In this document: positions 1-7,212 of the stretch, in pieces
How the letters are laid out: each line of letters starts with the position of its first letter
Numbering within the stretch: the stretch's first letter is position 1
Assembly (NCBI GenBank): GCA_963798845.1
Contig: CAWCUS010000001.1
Span: forward strand, 480,001-544,000
Direction: 5' to 3'
DNA: 64,000 bases
Source of the DNA: an uncultured Gemmatimonadales bacterium
Lineage (GTDB): Bacteria; Gemmatimonadota; Gemmatimonadetes; Longimicrobiales; RSA9
Made by a program: the position numbers and the translations under genes
The notes under the pieces: generated by a model
Told to the model about the DNA's origin: nothing
Database searches by the model: none
Seen by the model: only the letters and a program-made list of their open reading frames with translations

Positions 1-201
1 TCCAACAAGCTGGGCGGACTCCTCGGCCGCAAGCCGAAGGAGGAGCCGACAGAAGAGACACCGGCTGCCCCTCAGCAGGCCACGCTCATGACCACCACCA
101 CCGAGGTCACGAGCATCGATGTCGGCCCCGTGCCCGCCGACCGCTTCGCCGTTCCGGCCGGCTACACCGAGGTGCATCCCCCAACGGCCACGGGCGGCTG
201 A
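1..201 (+). CDS. 3' end of a hypothetical protein (DUF4412-like C-terminus), partial
   Basis: Frame 1 is open from base 1 to TGA at 199-201: ...LMTTTTEVTSIDVGPVPADRFAVPAGYTEV...; the F.VP.GY ending resembles DUF4412-type exported proteins. Confidence 0.6.
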   Translation, partial: SNKLGGLLGRKPKEEPTEETPAAPQQATLMTTTTEVTSIDVGPVPADRFAVPAGYTEVHPPTATGG

Positions 202-213
202 TCCACCGCCCGA

Positions 214-254
214 CCGACGGCAGCCGGCGCGCGCCTCGCCTCCGCTGCCGTCGG
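214..254 (+). terminator. GC-rich hairpin downstream of the first CDS
   Basis: CCGACGGCAGC (214-224) and GCTGCCGTCGG (244-254) form a perfect 11-bp stem; no U-tract. Confidence 0.4.
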
Positions 255-380
255 GCTCCCCAAGCCCCTGACTGCCGCCACCTCCTTCGACGCGCTCAGG
301 CGCACTGCGGACTCGAACGGCGCACCAACCCTGCACCAGCGCGCGCCTGGGCAGCCTTCCGTGGCCGCGCCCCCCGGGGA

Positions 381-422
381 TTGACGGGCCGACGGCCGCT
401 GTGTAATGGTTAACCCATACAC
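381..422 (+). promoter_or_regulatory. sigma70-like promoter overlapped by a palindromic operator (YtrA/GntR-like)
   Basis: TTGACG at 381-386; GTGTAATGGTTAACCCATACAC (401-422) pairs at 9 of 11 positions and lies just upstream of an ABC permease. Confidence 0.55.
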
Positions 423-448
423 CAGGACACCGCGCCACCGGAGACTTC

Positions 449-1666
449 ATGACCGCCGTGCTGCAGTCGCTGAACGCCGCAGTCGAAAGCCTGAGGAGCA
501 ACCCGCTCCGGACGGTGCTTTCGACGCTCGGCGTGATCATCGGGGTGGCCTCTCTGGTTGCGATTCTGGCGCTGGGCGACGGGCTGGAGCGGTACAGCCG
601 TGCGCAGATCGCGGAATCGACGGACCTGCAGACGGTGGTCGTGACGCCGAAGACGACGGACCGAGAGGACGGGATCCTGGTACGTCGGCAGCGAGTGGAG
701 CGGCTGGACCGCGAGGCGGTGGCGGGGCTGCAGACGCGCCTGGGGGAACGGGCGGATGCCATGCTGTTCGTGATGGGGGCTGCACGCATGGAAGCAGCGC
801 GGGACACGGAGCAGCATGCGGTGCTGCTCACGGCGACGGAGCCCGCCGCGGCGCTGCAGCTGAGGGAGGGGGTGGTGGCGGGGCGGTTCCTCACCGCGGC
901 CGACGTTTCCGGCGACTCTGCGGTCGCGGTGGTGCCGCTGGAGGCGCTGGGAGCCGATGCCCGGGCCGGCGGCGTCGGGGAGAGCGTCAGGATAGGTGGC
1001 GACGTGCTTCGGGTGATCGGGGTGACGCAGGAAACGGGGCCGATCCTGCGAGTCTACGTCCCGCTGAGCGACGCGCGGCGTGAGCAGCTCGAGGGGCCGG
1101 ATCGGCCGACGTCGCTCGCGGTGAGGGCGCGCCGGGTGGAAGATGTGGAGCGGGTGCGAGCGGCTACGGAATCGTGGCTGGCGGAGCGGTACGGGGCTGC
1201 GGACGGGTTCGCCGTCGCCAGCAACCAGGCGCGGGCCGCGCAGGCGCGACAGGGGATGCTCGTGTTCAAGCTCGTGATGGGGGCGATCGCGGGGATCTCG
1301 CTCCTGGTCGGCGGGATCGGGATCATGAACATCCTGCTGGCGAGCGTGTTGGAGCGTACGCGGGAGATCGGGATCCGGAAGGCCTCCGGTGCGCGGCAGC
1401 GCGACATCCTCGTCCAGTTCCTGGCCGAAGCGGTCACCATCACCGGCGTGGGCAGCGTGCTGGGGGTGGTGGTGGGACTGGCGGGTGCGTTCGGCATCAC
1501 CGCGGCGATCCGCCACTACACGGATGCGCCGCTGTTCGCGGCCTTCACGTGGGGGTCCGTGCTGGTGGCCGCGGGAGCGGCGCTGGTGGTCGGCCTGGCC
1601 TTCGGGACGTACCCTGCGCGCCGTGCCGCGAAGCTGTCGCCGATCGAGGCGATCCGCCACGAGTGA
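449..1666 (+). CDS. ABC transporter permease, MacB/FtsX family
   Basis: N-terminal LRSNPLRTVLSTLGVIIGVASLV; C-terminal ISLLVGGIGIMNILLASVLERTREIGIRKASGA and PARRAAKLSPIEAIRHE. Confidence 0.93.
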   Translation: MTAVLQSLNAAVESLRSNPLRTVLSTLGVIIGVASLVAILALGDGLERYSRAQIAESTDLQTVVVTPKTTDREDGILVRRQRVERLDREAVAGLQTRLGERADAMLFVMGAARMEAARDTEQHAVLLTATEPAAALQLREGVVAGRFLTAADVSGDSAVAVVPLEALGADARAGGVGESVRIGGDVLRVIGVTQETGPILRVYVPLSDARREQLEGPDRPTSLAVRARRVEDVERVRAATESWLAERYGAADGFAVASNQARAAQARQGMLVFKLVMGAIAGISLLVGGIGIMNILLASVLERTREIGIRKASGARQRDILVQFLAEAVTITGVGSVLGVVVGLAGAFGITAAIRHYTDAPLFAAFTWGSVLVAAGAALVVGLAFGTYPARRAAKLSPIEAIRHE

Positions 1667-1682
1667 CGGGGGCGGAGCTCGC

Positions 1683-1915
1683 CTATTCCGGGTGCACCTC
1701 CCGCATGAGGCGGACGTATCGCGCGAGCACGGTGCGCGCCGTCTCGGTATCGCCGAGTCCTGCCCGCGCGGCCGCCAGCATCGCCAGAGCCGGGAGGGGG
1801 TAGTCGGGGCCGATGCGGAGAGCGGTCCCGGCGTCGCGGGCGGCGCCCTCCGGATCGCCGGTCTGCGGTCGAACAGCGGCGCGGGCCGCGAACGCATAGG
1901 GCACGGTGTCGCTCG
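1683..1915 (-). pseudogene. Probable TPR-like protein remnant (5' part missing)
   Basis: PYAFAARAAVRPQTGDPEGAARDAGTALRIGPDYPLPALAMLAAARAGLGDTETAR reads as TPR-like helical repeats; no credible start of its own. Confidence 0.35.
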
Positions 1916-2300
1916 GCGCACTGCTCTCCGCCACCGCTATCGTGACCGGATGCGGCGACGGCGGCACGCCGACGGCGCCGGCCCTCGGGGCGCCGGGCTC
2001 CGACGCTTCCAGGGCGCCGGGCGTGCTCCCGGCCGACCACTGCATGAACTTCTCGTACACGACGCGTGGCGACCTCGGGCTGTACGAGGATCCGCTGCAC
2101 CCTGGCCAGTACCTGTTCGGCGCCATGCCCACGTATCCGTTCTACGTCGGTGCCGGTTCCCGGAGACGGCTGCCTCGTCAATGACCAGATGCGCATCGCC
2201 GAAGGGGGCGGCGCGTGCGCCGAGGCGGAAGGGCGGATCTTCAACCACGGCATCGTCAACATCCCCGAAGGCTGGCTCGATCTCGACATGGAGGCCGGGT
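1906..2300 (+). pseudogene. Probable decayed lipoprotein gene (frameshift near 2150-2160)
   Basis: Lipobox-like IVTGC-GDGGTPTAP in the 1906 frame; protein-like text continues in another frame as GCLVNDQMRIAEGGGACAEAEGRIFNHGIVNIPEGWLDLDME. Confidence 0.4.
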
Positions 2301-2439
2301 CTGCGGCGCCGGGATCCTCGGGTGGGGCGCGCCATGACCGCGACCACCACGCGACCACCACCATGACCGTCGCAGATCACCTGGCGGCGCGCCGCGGCGC
2401 CGCCGGGCGCGCTTCCGGGTGGGGGGTCGTACGCGTCGT

Positions 2440-3978
2440 TCAATCCCAGTAGCCGTGGACGTACCAGCCGCCGTCCACGCCGTCGCGGAAGATCCACAGA
2501 GGGACGCCCTCGTCGGTGACGCAGCGGTAGTACTCGCGCGCATACGGCGAGGGCTCCCACTGTCCGCCGGAGATACGGTCCGGCCCGGCCGCCACGACCA
2601 GCTCCCGCCAACCCCCGCGGTCGCGAATCCGCACCGGGGCTTCGTGGTCGCGGCGACGGACGGTCTCCACCATGACCGCGCGGGGCGGGTCCAGGAGCTG
2701 GAGGACCATGTCGGCGCCTTCGCCCGACGCGGCCCCCGACAGCGTCGCCGGGGCGGACGCTCCGGCGGCGGGCACCGGCTTCGGGCCCGCTGCCACGCGC
2801 TCCAGGCTCACGGGCGTCCAGTCGGCGCGCCGCTCCACGAGCGGGTGGGCGCCGGATCCCGGGGCAAGGGGGAGCGCCTCCCGCTCGGCAAGGCGGGCCA
2901 CGGCGGCCTCCACGGCGGACGCGGTGGCGAAGCCACGGTCGAAGAGGTCGCCCTGCTGAACGGCGGCGGCTTCGGTAGAGACCACCTCGAGGCCCATCCC
3001 GGCCACGGCATCCGGGACGGTGAGCCGGTCGAGGAGGCCGCGCAGGAGCCGGAGCCACGTCTCCCGGCTCGCAGTAGGACGCGCCGGCCGGAGCGTGCGC
3101 GCCCACTCGTCGCCGTTGGCCAGCGGCAGCGTGAGGCGCAGCGCCCGGGCGTGCTCGCCCCGCGTCGCCAGTCCATCGCACACCGGCCCCAGGAGCGCGT
3201 TGGCGGTGAACAGGAGCCGGGACGGGTCCGTGAGGACATAGTCCACGAAGTCGATGGAGCCGTGGGGTCGCTCGGACGGGACCGGCCGGAACAGGCGACG
3301 CCGGTCGTCGCCGCGCGCCAGCCGCCAGAGCCCCACCGCGCTTGCTCCGAAGCGCACCTCCACCGCCTCCCGCTCCAGCGCCGCCAGCTCACCCACGCGC
3401 GCCACACCCACCCCGTCGAGGAGCGCCCGCAGCCGGTCGTCCGGCCCCAGCGCCGCGACCGGGAGGGTAGCCATCCACGCCGCCTCCCCACCCCGCTCCA
3501 CCGCCACGACGGCCCCGGATGCGCCGCTCCCTCCCATCCCCGCCCCCACCCCCTTCCGCCACCCCCACCCGGTGCGCTCCTTCACCAGGAACGGCGTGGG
3601 ACCGGCAGGACGGCCGGCCTCCGCGCCGAAGCGCGCCGCCAGCTCCGCGGCCACGGGAACGGCGGCCACGCCCGCGCGCACGATGGCGCCTCCACCCCCA
3701 CTCCCATCCGGCGGCGCCGCCTCGGCCCCCGCCGCCTCGGCCCCCGCCGCCTCGAGCCGCGCCACCAGCGCGCCGGCCAGCGCCCGCGCGTCCAGCCCAC
3801 GGGCATCGGCCCAGACCACCTCGCGCTCCACCCGCACCCGGGGCGCCAGCTCCGCCACGATGGGACCGGCCTCCCGCGGAGATGCGAGCGGCGAGGAGGA
3901 GTCGGCGGGGCCGTCGCCTTCAGCGGGAAGAGACGCCCCGGCGGTCGACCAGCCGGGGCTCCAGACACAGACGTACAT
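2440..3978 (-). CDS. imuB: ImuB-like inactive Y-family polymerase accessory protein
   Basis: HhH-like LPVAALG...LLDGVGVARVGELAALEREAVEVRFG; clamp-binding-like QGDLF; ImuB-type C-terminus GPDRISGGQW...REYYRC...LWIFRD...WYVHGYWD; overlaps imuA. Confidence 0.85.
   Translation of the reverse strand: MYVCVWSPGWSTAGASLPAEGDGPADSSSPLASPREAGPIVAELAPRVRVEREVVWADARGLDARALAGALVARLEAAGAEAAGAEAAPPDGSGGGGAIVRAGVAAVPVAAELAARFGAEAGRPAGPTPFLVKERTGWGWRKGVGAGMGGSGASGAVVAVERGGEAAWMATLPVAALGPDDRLRALLDGVGVARVGELAALEREAVEVRFGASAVGLWRLARGDDRRRLFRPVPSERPHGSIDFVDYVLTDPSRLLFTANALLGPVCDGLATRGEHARALRLTLPLANGDEWARTLRPARPTASRETWLRLLRGLLDRLTVPDAVAGMGLEVVSTEAAAVQQGDLFDRGFATASAVEAAVARLAEREALPLAPGSGAHPLVERRADWTPVSLERVAAGPKPVPAAGASAPATLSGAASGEGADMVLQLLDPPRAVMVETVRRRDHEAPVRIRDRGGWRELVVAAGPDRISGGQWEPSPYAREYYRCVTDEGVPLWIFRDGVDGGWYVHGYWD
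3715..3754. repeat. 15-bp tandem repeat x2.7 inside imuB (encodes EAAGA repeats)
   Basis: CGCCGCCTCGGCCCC at 3715-3729 and 3730-3744, then a partial copy. Confidence 0.8.
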
Positions 3979-4627
3979 CGTGATGCTTCACTCCCAGTCG
4001 GAACCGGACCCGCCGGTCCAGCCCCAGCGACTCCAGCCTCGCCCGCACCGCCACGGACTCCAGCGCTACCGGCTCTCCGAACGGGCCCCGCCGCCAGCGG
4101 AACCCCTCCGGTTCGAATGATGACGACACCCTCAGGTGCGACAGGGGCGCCCCCGCCGCCACCGCCACGAACGCGCTCCCCCCTTCCCTCGCCGCCCGCC
4201 CCAGGCGCACGCCCTCGCCGTCGCCCAGCACCCCACCATCCCCCGCCAGGACGACGAGGGCGAAGCCGCCCGAGCGCAGCAGCTCCTCCGCCACCAGCAC
4301 CGCGTCCGCCACACCGGGGCGGAAAAACAGCGGTCCCTCCTCCCAGTACGCTCCCGCCGCATCACCCCGCCCGTCCACCCACGCCGCGCGCTCTCCAGCC
4401 GCCACCCGCTCCCGGCTCGCCGCACGCAGCACCGCCGTGCTCCCGCCCCCCGGCCGCCAGAGCGTCATCCGCCCCCGTGGCAGCCCCCCCGCCGGCAGCG
4501 CCGCGTCCAGCGCACCCACCCCGGTCGGCACCGCCCCGGCAAGCCCCGTCCGCACGGGCTGGGCGTCGGGAAAGCGACGCTCCAGCTCCCTGCGGAGCTC
4601 CAGGACCTCGGCGGGCAGTGCGGCCAC
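3920..4627 (-). CDS. imuA: ImuA / RecA-like mutasome accessory protein
   Basis: VPTGVGALDAALPAGGLPRG, AAWVDG and AEELLRSGGFALVVL motifs; degenerate Walker A; RBS GGAGGAG upstream of the GTG start. Confidence 0.82.
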   Translation of the reverse strand: MAALPAEVLELRRELERRFPDAQPVRTGLAGAVPTGVGALDAALPAGGLPRGRMTLWRPGGGSTAVLRAASRERVAAGERAAWVDGRGDAAGAYWEEGPLFFRPGVADAVLVAEELLRSGGFALVVLAGDGGVLGDGEGVRLGRAAREGGSAFVAVAAGAPLSHLRVSSSFEPEGFRWRRGPFGEPVALESVAVRARLESLGLDRRVRFRLGVKHHDVRLCLEPRLVDRRGVSSR

Positions 4628-4671
4628 GGACGTGTCTCCTCCGGTCGGGTGATGCGATGCCAGGGGCCCGT

Positions 4672-4701
4672 AGTGTAATACCGAAGATAAACCGAAATCA
4701 A
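4672..4701 (-). promoter_or_regulatory. imuA promoter TTGATT-N18-TACACT containing direct repeat TTCGG-N6-TTCGG
   Basis: Minus strand reads TTGATTTCGGTTTATCTTCGGTATTACACT; + strand has CCGAA at 4681-4685 and 4692-4696. Confidence 0.6.
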
Positions 4702-4983
4702 GGGTCGAAGAGGAACCGTGACACGAAGGACTCGAAGGGTCGAAGGGCTCGAAGGGGGCAGCGCTGAGCCCCGGGTCGAAGCGGGGGTCCGCGGGGGTGG
4801 AAGCGATCCGGGTTCCGGGACTGAAACTGGACTCCCGGTGAGCTTCGGGTCACCGGCGAACCAAGCTCCGGACCATGCTCTGCCCGTGAGCGTCGGGGTC
4901 CCCCGGGCACCTCGGGTCGCCCGGCATGACTTCGAGCCCTTCGACCCTTCGATCCCTTCGTGTCAAGAATTTCTTCGACCCTT
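4700..4983. mobile_element. Non-autonomous palindromic element (MITE/REP-like), copy A
   Basis: Inverted arms 4719-4754 and 4930-4965 match at 34/36; outer IR AAGGGTCGAAGA at 4700-4711 / 4972-4983 matches 12/12; a related copy lies in carB. Confidence 0.75.
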
Positions 4984-5037
4984 CCCGCCGGCCCTTCGAC
5001 GCTTCCGCTGGCAGGGCGGTTGCGGAGGGTCACGGCC

Positions 5038-5772
5038 ATGAAGCTCACGTTCCTTGGAACGCGCGGTGAGATCGAGGCGCGGACGCCTCTTCACCGCATG
5101 CATACGTCGCTGCTGGTGAGCTACGGTGGCGCGCGGGTGATGATCGACGCGGGGACGGACTGGCTGGAGGCGGTGCACGACCTGCGTCCGCGCCCTCACG
5201 CGCTGGTGATCACGCACGCGCACCCGGACCACGCGTGGGGGCTCGAGCACGGGTCGCCCGCGCCGGTCTGGGCGACGGCGGCGGCGTGGGACGGGATGGC
5301 GGAGTACGCGATCCCGGCCGAAGCGCGGCGCATCGTCGTGGACCGGGAGCCGTTCGAGATCGGCGGGATCCGCTTCGAGGCGTTCGTGGTGGAGCATTCG
5401 ATCCGGGCGCCGACCGTCGGCTATCGGATCAGCGCGGGAGAGGTGACCGTCTGGTACGGGCCGGACCTGGTGTACATCGCGGAGCGGGCGGAGGCGCTCC
5501 AGGGCTGCCGGCTCTACATCGGCGACGGGGCCACCATGACGCAGTCGTTCGTGCGCAGGCGGGGCAAGCGGCTGGTGGGCCACACGCCGGTGCGGACGCA
5601 GCTGACCTGGTGCGCGAAGGAGGGGGTCCCGCGCGCGGTGATCAGCCACTGCGGGAAGGAGATCGTGGAGGGCGACGAGCGGGTGCTCGGCGCCGAGCTG
5701 CGGGCCATGGCGGAGGAGCGGGGCGTGGAGGCCGAGTTCGCGCGGGACGGGCTGGAGATCGTGCTGCGTTGA
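5038..5772 (+). CDS. MBL-fold metallo-hydrolase
   Basis: MKLTFLGTRG, IDAG, THAHPDH, EHS and ISH motifs. Confidence 0.88.
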   Translation: MKLTFLGTRGEIEARTPLHRMHTSLLVSYGGARVMIDAGTDWLEAVHDLRPRPHALVITHAHPDHAWGLEHGSPAPVWATAAAWDGMAEYAIPAEARRIVVDREPFEIGGIRFEAFVVEHSIRAPTVGYRISAGEVTVWYGPDLVYIAERAEALQGCRLYIGDGATMTQSFVRRRGKRLVGHTPVRTQLTWCAKEGVPRAVISHCGKEIVEGDERVLGAELRAMAEERGVEAEFARDGLEIVLR

Positions 5773-5848
5773 CGGGCTCGCGGAAAGGGTAGCCTCGCAG
5801 ACAGGCGTTCGGGCGCGTGCCGGGAAGGAGCGCCCGCTGCGCTCGCTG

Positions 5849-6088
5849 TCGAAGCGGCGGTGGGGCGCCACCCGCCGGAGGCGGATTCGAAGCGGCGGTG
5901 GGGCGGCGCCCGCCGGAGGCGGATTCGAAGAACCCTCGTGGGAGAGGCGGATCGGCGCGCCGGGAAGCTTCGGCTGCCGAGGTTTTTCGAATCTCCGCAG
6001 CGCGGGGTCGAGGAGGCCGCCCCGGCCGACGAGATCGAATCGCCGCTTCGCGGCGCCGCGGCGTCCGGCCGCCGCGGTTCGAATCCGC
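5849..6088. repeat. 38-bp tandem duplication plus nested inverted GCGGATTCGAA/TTCGAATCCGC motifs
   Basis: Units 5849-5886 and 5887-5924 are 36/38 identical; GCGGATTCGAA (5881-5891, 5919-5929) is complementary to TTCGAATCCGC (6078-6088). Confidence 0.75.
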
Positions 6089-6231
6089 GCCTCGCGCGGT
6101 CGCGCGAGCGAAGCGACGCGCGATCGAACCTCGTCATGGCCCCTGCACTTCGAGCCCAGGGTTGCCGGGGCGAGCCACGGCGGCGCATCCTCCTCACCTT
6201 CCGGGGCAGAGACAATCGAACGAGGAAGACC

Positions 6232-7173
6232 ATGGACCGGGTGACGGCGGCGGTGGTCCAGGCGGAGCAGCCGGGGACGCTGGCGGAGGGGCTGGAGCTG
6301 GCGAGAGCGCTCGTGACGGAGGCGGCGGCGAAGGGCGCGTCCCTCGTCGTCTTCCCGGAGACGTGGCTCCCGGGGTACCCCGCGTGGATCGATTACACCC
6401 GCGATGCTGCGCTGTGGGACCACGCGCCGGTGAAGGCGGTGTACGCGCGGCTGGTGGACGAGAGCGTGGTGGTGGACGGCGAGTCGGGCGCGGCGCTCGC
6501 GTCGCTGGCGAAGGATGCGGGCGTGACGCTGGTCATGGGCGCGAGCGAGCGCGTTCTCTCCGGTCCCGGGCGTGCGACGCTGTACAACGCGCTGCTGGTC
6601 TACGGCCCGGACGGCTCGCTGCTGAACCACCACCGGAAGCTGACGCCCACGTACACGGAGCGGCTGGTCTGGGGCCCGGGCGACGCGTCGGGGCTGAAGG
6701 CCGTGGACACGCCGGCGGGTCGGCTGGGCGGGCTGATCTGCTGGGAGCACTGGAACCCGCTGGCGCGCCAGGCGCTGCATGACAGCGGCGAGGACGTGCA
6801 CGTGGCGGTTTGGTCGGCGGTGGTGGGGGTGAACGGGATGCACCAGGAGGCGAGCCGCTGCTACGCGTTCGAAGGGCGCTGCCACGTGGTGGCCGCGGGG
6901 CAGCTCATGCGCGCGGCCGCGCTGCCCGCGGAGCTGGAGCCGAGCCCGGCCAAGGTGTCGGGGCCGGACCAGTGGCTGCTCCGGGGCGGAAGCGCCATCA
7001 TCGGTCCGGACGGATCGTACCTGGCCGGCCCGCTGTACGACGAGCCTGGCGTGCTCGTGGCGGAGCTGGCGTATCGCCGGAACCGTGAGGAAGCCATGAC
7101 CCTGGATGTGAGCGGCCACTATCAGCGTCCGGAGCTCTTCGAGTTCCGTGTGCGCGAAGGCGGCCGCAGGTAG
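6232..7173 (+). CDS. Nitrilase (carbon-nitrogen hydrolase family)
   Basis: VVFPETWLPGYP, HRKLTPTYTERLVWGPGD and LICWEH give the Glu-Lys-Cys triad; start ATG 6232 follows GAGGA. Confidence 0.92.
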   Translation: MDRVTAAVVQAEQPGTLAEGLELARALVTEAAAKGASLVVFPETWLPGYPAWIDYTRDAALWDHAPVKAVYARLVDESVVVDGESGAALASLAKDAGVTLVMGASERVLSGPGRATLYNALLVYGPDGSLLNHHRKLTPTYTERLVWGPGDASGLKAVDTPAGRLGGLICWEHWNPLARQALHDSGEDVHVAVWSAVVGVNGMHQEASRCYAFEGRCHVVAAGQLMRAAALPAELEPSPAKVSGPDQWLLRGGSAIIGPDGSYLAGPLYDEPGVLVAELAYRRNREEAMTLDVSGHYQRPELFEFRVREGGRR

Positions 7174-7212
7174 CTCGGCGCGCGAGCACGAATCACTGGC
7201 GGAGGAGATCGG

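Noticed and set aside
5849..5930. Repeats here, at 9476-9524 and at 35156-35241 as CRISPR arrays
   Set aside because: Units are directly adjacent with no unique spacers, there are only 2-3 copies, and no cas genes are in the window.
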